Shown: positions 31,668 to 44,700 of the stretch, piece by piece
How positions within the stretch are numbered: position 1 is the first letter of the stretch
Layout of the letters: the number at the start of each line of letters is the position of its first letter
Origin: Rebecca billardiae RCC1528
Taxonomy: Eukaryota; Protista; Haptophyta
Assembly (NCBI GenBank): GCA_965240325.2
Contig: OZ251223.1
Location: 4,278,001 to 4,342,000 of the forward strand
DNA length: 64,000 nucleotides
Direction: 5' to 3'
Notes under the pieces: model-generated
Databases searched by the model: none
What the model was told of the DNA's origin: nothing
Seen by the model: only the letters and a program-made list of their open reading frames with translations
Made by a program: the position numbers and the translations under genes

Positions 31668-32158
31668 CTCGCCCAGCGTACGACCGGTACATGGACTACT
31701 CGGGGCTGTTCTCGCACCACGAGGTGAGCCGGCGCGACTTCATGCGGCTGCAGCGCGAGATGCTGCTGCGCATGCGCACGCACACCAACCAGAAGAACCT
31801 CGAGAACTTCGACCAGCTCGGCATGCGCTTCTCCGACCTGTTCCGCGAGATGCCGATGCTGCCGGCCGAGATCAGCGCGTGGACGGAGGACGACGACCTG
31901 CCGTTTGTGCAGCGCGTCGCGACCAAGCTGTACCGCTGGGTGATGGGCGAGGAGCCGGTGCCGCTCTTCGAGTACATCACCGAGGAGGCGCTCACGCGCG
32001 AGGCGGAGGCGAACATGAACGCGGCGCTGCAGGCGATCGGCGTCGAGGCGCCGCGCCCGCCGATGCCCAAGCAAAAGGGCGCGGGCAGGCTGCGCTCCGC
32101 CGCGCGCAAGTACGGCAGGCGCCTCCTCAGGCTCATTCACGCAGTCGTCGCCAAGTAG
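27996..32158 (+). CDS. 4x SLATT-like (2TM) repeat membrane protein, paralogue B (~1243 aa); exons 27996-29477, 29621-29833, 29995-31549, 31677-32158
   Basis: Same four modules: KSREFAHLH...AFARYDALTEEHEQAADRF; RQLAH...GFASKAINHSRASKR; RALVLQSAH...KLASFEAKHTGHLVASREF; KAGEYRVAH...YMDYSGLFSHHEVSRRDF. The last intron lies at the same position and phase as in paralogue A (MAxN|AY). Confidence 0.8.
31638..31667. repeat. (GT)n microsatellite inside intron 3 of paralogue B
   Basis: TGTGTGCGTGTGTGTGTGTGTGTGTGTGTG. Confidence 0.85.
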
Positions 32159-32747
32159 CGCACGCACGACTCCAGCCCCTGCGTGAGCGTCGGGCGGACT
32201 CGGCAGGTCGCGCGCATCCGCATCGACCGTCGCGCAAGCCGTGCCCGTGGCGCGTTGGCCTGCGAGTCGGGCGGCTCGATCCAGGGATAGGCAGCCGTGC
32301 GGCGTAGCCGCCGCTCATGGCGCTCATCCGTCATCGTCGGCCGACGACTTGCCGGACAAATGCCTCGTTTCCGGGGGACGTTTCAGAAGCTTCTAAAATT
32401 GGATTCGTAACGACGCGAAGGAGATTTTCCTTCTCGGCGGCTAGCCAATGAATATAAGCAGGTGTGTGCCATCACTGCCATGGGTAATATCCTGATGCAA
32501 GTTCGCGCTCCCAGCCGTGTGCCCGTTCTCTTGGACGTCAATGATCATGACGAACGTCATGCCTCCCCTGCCACGCCCGCCAGAGGCTGCTTGCACGTCG
32601 CATCAGAACGGGTGCACGCATGGGTGAATTGATTGCAACCCGGGCTCGGTGCCACACACCCGGTTTTCAGTTCGCCCGAGCCAACCGCGAGCGAGCTGGC
32701 GCGCAGGCCCTGCAGCTGGCTCCGCGTCGCTTGCCGCGGCAGCCGGC

Positions 32748-35700
32748 ATGCCGCTGTCAGCGCGTCGCGGGTCCGAAGCGCGCCGCGTAGGGGCCCTACT
32801 GTTCCTGCTCGGACTGCACGCCACGTCGTCTCAGGCACCCTCGCCACCGCCATCGCCGCCGCCGTCGCCGCCGCCGTCGCCGCCGCCGTCGCCGCCGCCG
32901 TCGCCGCCGCCGTCGCCGCCGCCGTCGCCGCCGCCGCCGTCGCCGCCGCCGTCGCCGCCGCCGTCGCCGCCTCCCAGTCCACCGCCCAGCCCGCCACCAA
33001 GCCCGCCGCCGTCACCGCCGCCGAGCCCGCCACCCAGCCCGCCGCCGCCGAGTCCGCCGCCGTCGCCGCCGCCGAGTCCGCCGCCGTCGCCGCCGCCGAG
33101 CCCGCCGCCCAGCCCACCGCCCAGCCCGCCGCCAAGCCCGCCGCCAAGCCCGCCTCCATCACCACCGCCGAGCCCGCCGCCGAGCCCGCCGCCGCCCAGC
33201 CCACCGCCATCACCGCCGCCGTCGCCGCCGCCGAGCCCTCCGCCATCGCCGCCGCCTAGCCCGCCGCCGAGCCCGCCGCCCAGCCCCCCGCCGTCACCGC
33301 CCCCGAGCCCGCCGCCGTCGCCGCCGCCGAGCCCGCCTCCAAGCCCGCCCCCGCCAAGTCCTCCGCCAAGCCCGCCGCCGAGCCCGCCGCCGAGCCCGCC
33401 GCCGTCACCACCGCCGTCACCACCGCCGTCGCCGCCGCCGAGCCCGCCACCATCGCCGCCGCCAAGCCCACCACCATCGCCACCGCCGAGCCCACCGCCG
33501 AGCCCGCCGCCACCGAGCCCGCCGCCGTCGCCGCCACCGAGCCCGCCACCATCGCCTCCGCCAAGTCCGCCACCGAGCCCGCCACCCTCGCCACCGCCCA
33601 GCCCGCCACCGTCGCCGCCGCCTTCGCCCCCGCCGAGTCCGCCGCCTTCGCCCCCGCCGAGCCCTCCGCCGTCGCCACCGCCGAGCCCGCCGCCCAGCCC
33701 GCCGCCACCCAGTCCGCCGCCCAGCCCGCCGCCATCACCACCGCCGTCGCCGCCGCCGAGCCCGCCGCCGAGCCCGCCGCCGTCGCCGCCACCGAGCCCG
33801 CCGCCGAGCCCGCCGCCGAGCCCGCCGCCGAGCCCGCCACCGAGCCCGCCGCCGAGCCCGCCCCCGCCATCGCCGCCGCCCAGCCCGCCGCCGTCGCCGC
33901 CGCCGAGCCCGCCGCCATCGCCGCCGCCGAGCCCGCCACCGAGCCCGCCACCGTCACCGCCGCCGATCCCGCCTCCATCGCCGCCGCCGAGCCCGCCGCC
34001 TTCGCCCCCACCGAGCCCTCCGCCAAGTCCGCCGCCGAGCCCGCCGCCGAGCCCGCCGCCGCCGAGCCCGCCGCCGTCGCCGCCGCCGAGCCCGCCACCG
34101 AGCCCGCCACCGTCACCGCCGCCGAGCCCGCCCCCATCGCCCCCGCCCAGCCCGCCACCGTCGCCCCCGCCGTCGCCGCCGCCAAGCCCGCCACCATCGC
34201 CGCCGCCGAGCCCGCCACCATCGCCGCCGCCGAGCCCACCGCCGAGCCCGCCGCCGCCGAGCCCGCCGCCGTCGCCGCCACCAAGCCCACCACCATCGCC
34301 GCCGCCAAGTCCGCCGCCGAGCCCGCCGCCCTCGCCGCCGCCCAGCCCGCCACCGTCGCCGCCGCCTTCGCCGCCACCGAGTCCGCCGCCTTCGCCCCCA
34401 CCGAGCCCTCCGCCGTCGCCCCCGCCGAGCCCGCCGCCCAGCCCGCCGCCGCCCAGTCCGCCGCCCAGCCCGCCGCCATCGCCACCGCCGTCGCCGCCGC
34501 CGAGCCCGCCGCCGAGCCCGCCGCCGTCGCCGCCGCCGAGCCCGCCGCCGAGCCCGCCCCCGCCATCGCCCCCGCCGAGTCCGCCGCCGTCGCCGCCGCC
34601 GAGCCCGCCGCCGTCCCCGCCGCCGAGCCCGCCACCGAGCCCGCCACCGTCACCGCCGCCGAGCCCGCCTCCGAGCCCGCCGCCGAGCCCGCCACCATCG
34701 CCGCCGCCGAGCCCGCCACCGTCTCCCCCGCCCAGCCCGCCACCGAGCCCGCCGCCGCCGAGCCCGCCGCCGTCGCCGCCGCCGAGCCCGCCACCGAGCC
34801 CGCCGCCGTCACCGCCGCCGAACCCGCCCCCATCGCCCCCACCGAGCCCGCCACCGTCGCCCCCGCCGTCGCCGCCGCCGAGCCCGCCACCATCGCCGCC
34901 GCCGAGCCCGCCACCATCGCCACCGCCGAGCCCGCCGCCTAGCCCGCCGCCGCCGAGCCCGCCGCCGTCGCCGCCGCCGAGCCCACCACCATCGCCGCCG
35001 CCAAGTCCGCCGCCGAGCCCGCCGCCCTCGCCGCCGCCCAGCCCGCCACCGTCGCCGCCGCCTTCGCCGCCACCGAGTCCGCCGCCTTCGCCCCCACCGA
35101 GCCCTCCGCCGTCGCCCCCGCCGAGCCCGCCGCCCAGCCCGCCGCCGCCCAGTCCGCCGCCCAGCCCGCCGCCATCGCCACCGCCGTCGCCACCGCCGAG
35201 CCCGCCGCCGAGCCCGCCGCCGTCGCCGCCACCGAGCCCGCCGCCGAGCCCGCCCCCGCCATCGCCGCCGCCGAGCCCGCCGCCGTCGCCGCCGCCGAGC
35301 CCGCCGCCGTCCCCGCCACCGAGCCCACCACCGAGCCCGCCGCCGAGCCCGCCACCATCACCACCTCCCAGCCCACCGCCGAGCCCGCCGCCGAGCCCGC
35401 CGCCGAGCCCGCCTCCATCGCCCCCGCCGAGCCCGCCTCCTAGTCCGCCGCCGCCGAGCCCGCCACCCTCGCCCCCACCCAGTCCCCCGCCCAGCCCACC
35501 TCCGAGCCCGCCGCCAAGCCCGCCGCCCTCGCCGCCGCCGAGCCCGCCGCCGAGCCCGCCGCCGTCGCCGCCGCCGTCGCCGCCGCCGAGCCCGCCGCCA
35601 CCCTCGCCGCCTCCCAGCCCTCCACCGTCTCCGCCGCCCAGCCCACCGCCGAGCCCGCCGCCGAGCCCACCGCCGAGCCCGCCGCCGAGCCCGCCGCCGT

Positions 35701-38700
35701 CGCCGCCGCCCAGCCCGCCACCCAGTCCGCCGCCGAGCCCACCGCCGAGCCCGCCACCATCACCACCGCCGAGCCCGCCGCCCAGCCCGCCACCACCGGC
35801 ACCGCCACCGTCACCCCCGCCGAGCCCACCTCCCAGCCCACCGCCGAGCCCGCCGCCGAGCCCGCCGCCGAGCCCGCCGCCGAGCCCGCCGCCGTCGCCA
35901 CCGCCGAGCCCACCGCCGAGTCCGCCACCCTCGCCACCGCCGAGCCCGCCGCCGAGCCCGCCGCCGAGCCCGCCGCCAAGCCCGCCACCACCTTCACCGC
36001 CGCCGAGCCCGCCGCCGAGCCCCCCGCCATCGCCACCACCGTCACCGCCGCCCAGCCCGCCTCCATCACCTCCGCCGAGTCCGCCGCCGAGTCCGCCGCC
36101 ATCCCCACCCCCAAGCCCGCCGCCTTCGCCGCCGCCCAGCCCACCACCGTCGCCGCCACCGAGTCCACCGCCAAGTCCGCCGCCTCCGAGCCCTCCACCG
36201 TCACCGCCGCCGAGCCCGCCGCCGTCGCCACCGCCGAGTCCACCGCCGAGCCCTCCGCCGTCACCACCGCCCAGCCCGCCACCGAGCCCGCCGCCACCGA
36301 GCCCGCCGCCGAGCCCGCCGCCGTCGCCGCCGCCGAGCCCGCCGCCGAGCCCGCCGCCAAGTCCGCCGCCGAGCCCTCCGCCGAGCCCGCCGCCGAGCCC
36401 GCCACCATCACCGCCGCCGAGCCCGCCGCCTTCGCCACCGCCGTCCCCGCCGCCAAGCCCGCCGCCGAGCCCGCCACCGAGCCCGCCGCCGCCATCCCCA
36501 CCGCCGTCGCCGCCGCCGAGCCCGCCGCCGTCGCCGCCGCCGAGCCCGCCGCCGAGCCCGCCGCCATCGCCGCCTCCGAGCCCGCCGCCGAGCCCGCCGC
36601 CAAGCCCTCCGCCCTCGCCGCCGCCATCGCCGCCGCCGAGCCCGCCTCCGTCGCCACCGCCGAGCCCGCCGCCGAGCCCGCCACCGCCCTCGCCGCCGCC
36701 GAGCCCACCGCCGTCTCCACCGCCGAGCCCGCCGCCGAGCCCGCCGCCGAGCCCACCGCCCAGCCCGCCGCCGAGCCCGCCGCCGAGCCCACCGCCCAGC
36801 CCGCCACCCAGTCCGCCGCCCAGCCCACCGCCGAGCCCGCCACCATCACCACCGCCGAGCCCGCCGCCCAGCCCGCCACCACCGGCACCGCCACCGTCAC
36901 CCCCGCCGAGCCCACCTCCCAGCCCACCGCCCAGCCCTCCGCCTTCGCCACCGCCAAGCCCGCCACCCAGCCCGCCGCCGTCGCCGCCGCCGAGCCCACC
37001 GCCAAGCCCGCCGCCCTCGCCACCGCCGAGCCCGCCACCGAGCCCTCCGCCGAGCCCGCCGCCAAGCCCGCCACCACCTTCACCGCCGCCGAGCCCGCCG
37101 CCGAGCCCCCCGCCATCGCCACCACCGTCACCGCCGCCCAGCCCGCCTCCATCACCTCCGCCGAGTCCGCCGCCGAGTCCGCCGCCATCCCCACCCCCAA
37201 GCCCGCCGCCTTCGCCGCCGCCCAGCCCACCACCGTCGCCGCCACCGAGTCCACCGCCAAGTCCGCCGCCTCCGAGCCCTCCACCGTCACCGCCGCCGAG
37301 CCCGCCGCCGTCGCCACCGCCGAGTCCACCGCCGAGCCCTCCGCCGTCACCACCGCCCAGCCCGCCACCGAGCCCGCCGCCACCGAGCCCGCCGCCGAGC
37401 CCGCCGCCGTCGCCGCCGCCGAGCCTGCCGCCGAGCCCGCCGCCAAGTCCGCCGCCGAGCCCGCCGCCAAGCCCGCCGCCGAGCCCGCCACCATCACCGC
37501 CGCCGAGCCCGCCGCCTTCGCCACCGCCGTCCCCGCCGCCAAGCCCGCCGCCTAGCCCGCCACCGAGCCCGCCGCCACCATCCCCACCGCCGTCGCCGCC
37601 GCCGAGCCCGCCGCCGTCGCCGCCGCCGAGCCCGCCGCCGAGCCCGCCGCCATCGCCACCGCCGAGCCCGCCGCCTTCACCGCCACCGTCGCCACCGCCG
37701 AGCCCGCCGCCATCGCCGCCGCCGAGCCCGCCTCCGTCGCCGCCGCCGAGCCCACCGCCGAGCCCGCCACCGCCCTCGCCGCCGCCGAGCCCACCGCCGT
37801 CTCCGCCGCCCAGCCCGCCGCCGTCTCCACCGCCGTCGCCACCGCCGAGCCCGCCGCCATCGCCACCTCCGAGCCCGCCGCCATCACCCCCACCGAGCCC
37901 ACCGCCGAGCCCGCCGCCAAGCCCGCCTCCCAGCCCGCCGCCGAGCCCGCCGCCAAGCCCGCCGCCGCCGAGCCCGCCACCATCACCGCCGCCGAGCCCG
38001 CCGCCTTCGCCACCGCCGAGCCCGCCGCCGAGCCCTCCACCTTCGCCGCCGCCGAGCCCGCCGCCGAGCCCGCCGCCGTCGCCACCGCCGTCGCCACCAC
38101 CTTCGCCACCGCCAAGCCCGCCGCCGTCGCCACCACCCAGCCCACCACCGAGCCCACCGCCGCCGAGCCCACCTCCTAGCCCGCCGCCGAGCCCGCCGCC
38201 GAGCCCCCCGCCAAGCCCGCCCCCGAGCCCGCCGCCCAGCCCGCCGCCCAGCCCGCCGCCCAGCCCGCCGCCGTCCCCGCCGCCGAGCCCGCCGCCGAGC
38301 CCGCCGCCGAGCCCGCCGCCGAGCCCGCCGCCGAGCCCGCCGCCCAGCCCGCCGCCGCCGAGCCCACCGCCGAGCCCGCCGCCGTCGCCGCCGCCCAGCC
38401 CACCGCCATCGCCACCGCCATCGCCACCGCCTTCGCCTCCTCCGAGCCCGCCGCCAAGCCCACCGCCACCGAGCCCACCTCCCAGTCCGCCACCCTCCCC
38501 GCCGCCCAGTCCTCCGCCATCCCCACCGCCCAGCCCGCCTCCCAGTCCGCCGCCGAGCCCGCCGCCGAGCCCGCCGCCTTCACCACCACCAAGCCCGCCC
38601 CCGAGCCCGCCGCCCAGCCCGCCACCGTCGCCGCCGCCGAGCCCTCCGCCGAGCCCGCCGCCGCCGAGCCCTCCGCCGAGCCCGCCGCCGAGCCCTCCGC

Positions 38701-41700
38701 CATCGCCACCACCGAGCCCACCGCCGAGCCCGCCGCCATCGCCACCGCCGAGCCCGCCACCATCACCACCACCGTCGCCGCCGCCGAGCCCGCCGCCATC
38801 GCCGCCGCCGAGCCCGCCACCGAGCCCGCCGCCGAGCCCACCACCGAGCCCGCCGCCGCCGAGCCCGCCGCCGAGCCCGCCACCATCACCACCTCCCAGC
38901 CCGCCGCCATCGCCGCCGCCGAGTCCACCGCCGTCGCCACCGCCGAGTCCTCCGCCAAGCCCACCGCCGTCGCCGCCGCCAAGCCCGCCGCCAAGCCCTC
39001 CGCCGCCAAGCCCGCCGCCATCACCGCCACCGAGCCCGCCGCCATCACCACCGCCGAGCCCACCGCCGAGCCCGCCGCCATCGCCACCGCCGAGCCCGCC
39101 ACCATCACCACCACCGTCGCCGCCGCCGAGCCCGCCGCCATCGCCGCCGCCGAGCCCACCGCCATCGCCGCCGCCAAGCCCGCCGCCGAGCCCGCCACCC
39201 CCGTCTCCGCCGCCCAGCCCACCGCCGTCTCCGCCCCCCAGCCCACCGCCGTCTCCGCCGCCGAGCCCGCCGCCGAGCCCACCGCCGTCTCCGCCGCCGA
39301 GCCCGCCGCCGTCGCCACCGCCGAGCCCGCCGCCGAGCCCGCCACCCAGTCCACCACCATCACCACCGCCGAGCCCGCCGCCCAGCCCGCCTCCGCCCAG
39401 CCCGCCACCGTCGCCGCCACCAAGCCCGCCTCCGTCGCCGCCACCAAGCCCGCCGCCGTCGCCACCTCCGAGCCCGCCGCCGAGCCCACCGCCGTCACCA
39501 CCACCGTCGCCCCCGCCGAGCCCGCCGCCGTCGCCGCCGCCGAGCCCGCCGCCGTCGCCGCCGCCAAGCCCGCCCCCGAGCCCGCCGCCCCCGAGCCCGC
39601 CGCCAAGCCCACCGCCGTCTCCACCGCCCAGCCCACCGCCATCTCCGCCGCCGTCGCCGCCACCCAGCCCGCCGCCGAGCCCGCCACCCAGTCCACCACC
39701 GTCACCACCGCCAAGCCCGCCGCCGAGCCCGCCACCCAGTCCACCACCGTCACCACCGCCGAGCCCGCCGCCCAGCCCGCCTCCGCCCAGCCCGCCACCG
39801 TCGCCGCCACCAAGCCCGCCTCCGTCGCCGCCACCAAGCCCGCCGCCGTCGCCACCTCCAAGCCCGCCGCCGAGCCCACCGCCGTCACCACCACCGTCGC
39901 CCCCGCCGAGCCCGCCGCCGTCGCCGCCGCCGAGCCCGCCGCCGTCGCCGCCGCCAAGCCCGCCCCCGAGCCCGCCGCCCCCGAGCCCGCCGCCAAGCCC
40001 ACCGCCGTCTCCACCGCCCAGCCCACCGCCATCTCCGCCGCCGTCGCCGCCACCCAGCCCGCCGCCGAGCCCGCCACCCAGTCCACCACCGTCACCACCG
40101 CCAAGCCCGCCGCCGAGCCCGCCACCCAGTCCACCACCGTCACCACCGCCAAGCCCGCCGCCGAGCCCGCCGCCACCGAGCCCACCGCCGTCTCCGCCGC
40201 CAAGCCCACCACCATCGCCGCCACCGAGCCCACCGCCGAGCCCACCGCCGTCCCCACCCCCTAGCCCGCCGCCGTCACCACCGCCATCGCCGCCGCCGAG
40301 TCCACCACCGTCACCACCGCCGAGCCCGCCGCCGTCGCCTCCGCCAAGCCCACCACCGAGCCCACCGCCGCCAAGCCCGCCGCCTAGCCCGCCGCCTTCG
40401 CCGCCGCCCAGCCCACCGCCCAGTCCGCCGCCGCCGAGCCCTCCGCCGTCACCGCCGCCGAGCCCGCCACCCTCACCTCCGCCATCGCCGCCGCCGAGCC
40501 CGCCGCCGTCGCCACCACCGAGCCCGCCACCGTCGCCGCCGCCGAGCCCTCCGCCCAGCCCTCCGCCCAGCCCTCCGCCCAGCCCTCCGCCGCCGAGCCC
40601 GCCGCCAAGCCCACCACCGAGCCCACCTCCCAGCCCACCTCCCAGCCCGCCGCCCAGCCCGCCGCCGAGCCCGCCGCCGTCGCCGCCGCCGAGCCCACCG
40701 CCGTCGCCGCCGCCCAGCCCACCGCCCAGCCCACCACCCAGCCCACCGCCGTCACCGCCGCCGAGCCCGCCGCCGAGCCCACCGCCGCCGAGCCCGCCGC
40801 CGTCGCCACCGCCAAGCCCGCCGCCGTCGCCGCCACCGAGCCCTCCGCCGAGCCCACCGCCATCGCCCCCGCCGAGCCCACCGCCATCGCCTCCGCCATC
40901 GCCGCCGCCGAGTCCGCCGCCATCGCCACCGCCAAGCCCGCCGCCATCGCCTCCGCCGAGTCCGCCACCAAGCCCGCCACCGCCAAGCCCACCGCCGAGC
41001 CCGCCACCATCGCCACCACCCAGCCCGCCGCCATCGCCACCGCCTAGCCCGCCGCCATCGCCGCCCCCGAGCCCACCACCAAGCCCACCGCCGTCGCCGC
41101 CACCGAGCCCGCCACCCTCGCCGCCGCCGAGCCCTCCGCCGTCGCCACCGCCCAGCCCGCCACCGAGCCCACCGCCGCCGAGCCCACCACCAAGCCCGCC
41201 GCCGAGCCCACCGCCGAGCCCGCCGCCAAGCCCGCCGCCGAGCCCACCACCGTCGCCTCCGCCGTCGCCGCCACCATCCCCGCCGCCCTCCCCACCGCCA
41301 AGTCCACCGCCCTCGCCGCCGCCAAGCCCGCCGCCATCGCCCCCGCCGAGCCCACCACCAAGCCCGCCGCCTCCAAGTCCGCCGCCCAGCCCGCCGCCGA
41401 GCCCACCACCGAGCCCGCCACCGTCCCCGCCGCCCAGCCCACCTCCAATCCCACCGCCGAGCCCACCACCATCGCCCCCGCCGAGCCCGCCGCCTAGTCC
41501 GCCGCCATCGCCCCCGCCGAGTCCGCCACCGTCGCCACCACCGTCGCCGCCTCCAAGCCCACCGCCGCCGTCGCCGCCGCCGTCGCCGCCGCCCAGTCCT
41601 CCGCCAAGCCCGCCGCCGAGCCCGCCGCCGAGCCCGCCTCCGTCGCCACCGCCGAGCCCGCCACCCAGTCCGCCGCCGTCACCACCGCCCAGCCCGCCAC

Positions 41701-44700
41701 CCTCGCCACCACCCTCGCCACCGCCGTCGCCACCGCCGAGCCCACCGCCAAGCCCACCGCCGCCGAGCCCACCACCCAGTCCGCCGCCGAGCCCACCGCC
41801 ATCGCCACCTCCGTCGCCACCGCCGTCCCCGCCCCCTAGCCCGCCACCCTCGCCACCACCCTCGCCGCCGCCGTCGCCGCCGCCGAGCCCGCCGCCGAGC
41901 CCGCCACCAAGCCCACCGCCGTCACCACCACCATCGCCACCGCCGAGCCCACCGCCGCCGTCGCCGCCGCCGTCGCCGCCGCCCAGTCCTCCGCCGAGCC
42001 CGCCGCCGAGCCCGCCGCCGAGCCCGCCGCCGTCGCCACCGCCGAGCCCGCCACCCAGTCCGCCGCCGTCCCCGCCGCCGAGCCCGCCACCCTCGCCCCC
42101 GCCACGTCCACCACCCAGCCCACCGCCAAGCCCACCGCCAAGCCCACCGCCACCGAGCCCACCACCCAGCCCGCCGCCATCACCGCCGCCGAGCCCGCCA
42201 CCCTCGCCGCCGCCAAGTCCGCCACCAAGCCCGCCACCGAGCCCGCCGCCATCGCCTCCGCCGTCGCCGCCGCCGAGCCCTCCGCCGAGCCCGCCGCCGA
42301 GCCCACCACCGTCGCCACCACCGTCGCCGCCGCCAAGCCCACCCCCGCCCTCGCCGCCGCCGTCACCGCCGCCCAGTCCACCGCCGTCACCGCCGCCAAG
42401 CCCGCCGCCTAGTCCGCCCCCGTCGCCGCCACCGAGCCCGCCACCCAGCCCGCCGCCATCACCGCCGCCGAGCCCGCCACCCTCGCCGCCGCCAAGTCCG
42501 CCACCAAGCCCGCCGCCAAGCCCACCACCGTCGCCACCGCCAGCGCCACCGCCATCGCCACCGCCAAGCCCGCCGCCGAGCCCTCCGCCGCCGAGCCCAC
42601 CGCCAAGCCCGCCGCCGAGCCCGCCGCCATCGCCACCGCCGTCACCGCCGCCGTCTCCGCCACCCAGTCCGCCACCCAGCCCGCCACCGTCGCCACCGCC
42701 GTCGCCGCCACCGAGCCCGCCGCCGAGCCCGCCACCAAGCCCGCCGCCGTCGCCACCACCGTCGCCACCTCCAAGCCCGCCGCCGCCCTCTCCGCCGCCC
42801 TCACCGCCGCCCAGTCCCCCGCCCTCACCACCGCCGAGCCCGCCGCCGAGTCCGCCTCCTTCGCCGCCCCCGAGCCCGCCACCCAGTCCTCCGCCGTCAC
42901 CACCGCCCAGCCCGCCACCCTCGCCGCCGCCGTCGCCACCGCCATCGCCACCGCCGAGCCCGCCGCCAAGCCCACCGCCGCCAAGCCCACCGCCAAGCCC
43001 GCCGCCGAGCCCGCCGCCATCGCCACCGCCGTCACCGCCGCCGTCTCCGCCTCCCAGTCCGCCACCCAGCCCGCCACCGTCGCCACCGCCGTCGCCGCCA
43101 CCGAGCCCGCCGCCGAGCCCGCCACCAAGCCCGCCGCCGTCGCCACCACCATCGCCACCTCCAAGCCCGCCGCCGCCCTCTCCGCCGCCCTCACCGCCGC
43201 CCAGTCCCCCGCCCTCACCACCGCCGAGCCCTCCGCCGAGTCCGCCTCCGTCGCCGCCCCCGAGCCCGCCACCCAGTCCGCCGCCGTCACCACCGCCCAG
43301 CCCGCCACCCTCGCCGCCGCCGTCGCCACCGCCATCGCCACCGCCGAGCCCGCCGCCGAGCCCACCGCCGCCGAGCCCACCGCCTTCCCCGCCGCCGAGC
43401 CCGCCGCCGAGCCCGCCGCCGAGCCCGCCGCCGAGCCCGCCGCCATCGCCTCCGCCGAAGCCACCGCCGAGCCCGCCGCCAAGCCCGCCGCCGTCACCGC
43501 CGCCCAGCCCACCGCCAAGCCCGCCGCCGTCACCGCCGCCAAGCCCACCACCAAGCCCGCCGCCCAGCCCTCCGCCCAGCCCGCCGCCTAGCCCACCCCC
43601 CAGCCCACCGCCCAGCCCGCCTCCGTCGCCGCCGCCGAGTCCGCCTCCAAGCCCGCCGCCACCCAGCCCGCCACCCTCGCCTCCACCGAGCCCACCCCCG
43701 AGCCCGCCTCCCAGTCCACCGCCTTTCCCGCCGCCGAGCCCGCCGCCTTCTCCGCCGCCGAGCCCGCCACCGAGCCCACCGCCCTCACCACCGCCAAGCC
43801 CGCCGCCGAGCCCGCCGCCGTCACCTCCACCCAGCCCGCCGCCCAGCCCGCCGCCCAGCCCGCCGCCGTCGCCGCCGCCATCCCCACCGCCCAGCCCGCC
43901 ACCGAGCCCGCCCCCAAGCCCGCCGCCGAGCCCGCCACCCAGTCCACCGCCGCCGAGCCCACCGCCGTCTCCGCCGCCGTCTCCGCCGCCCAGTCCGCCG
44001 CCGAGCCCGCCGCCGAGCCCGCCGCCATCGCCTCCGCCGAAGCCACCGCCGAGCCCGCCGCCAAGCCCGCCGCCGTCACCGCCGCCCAGCCCACCGCCAA
44101 GCCCGCCGCCGTCACCGCCGCCAAGCCCACCACCAAGCCCGCCGCCCAGCCCTCCGCCCAGCCCGCCGCCTAGCCCACCCCCCAGCCCACCGCCCAGCCC
44201 GCCGCCGTCGCCGCCGCCGAGTCCGCCTCCAAGCCCACCGCCACCCAGCCCGCCACCCTCGCCTCCACCGAGCCCACCCCCGAGCCCGCCTCCCAGTCCA
44301 CCGCCTTTCCCGCCGCCGAGCCCGCCGCCTTCTCCGCCGCCAAGCCCGCCACCGAGCCCACCGCCCTCACCACCGCCAAGCCCGCCGCCGAGCCCGCCGC
44401 CGTCACCTCCACCCAGCCCGCCGCCCAGCCCGCCGCCCAGCCCGCCGCCGTCGCCGCCGCCATCCCCACCGCCCAGCCCGCCACCGAGCCCGCCCCCAAG
44501 CCCGCCGCCGAGCCCGCCACCCAGTCCACCGCCGCCGAGCCCACCGCCGTCTCCGCCGCCAAGCCCGCCGCCGAGCCCGCCGCCGAGCCCGCCGCCGTCA
44601 CCACCACCATCGCCACCGCCGAGCCCGCCTCCCAGTCCACCGCCGTCGCCACCACCTGCACCGCCGCCGAGCCCGCCGCCGAGCCCGCCTCCAAGCCCGC

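Noticed and set aside
8527-32307. Numerous long Arg/Ala-rich overlapping ORFs
   Set aside because: These are alternative-frame artefacts of very high GC content, with no recognisable domains.
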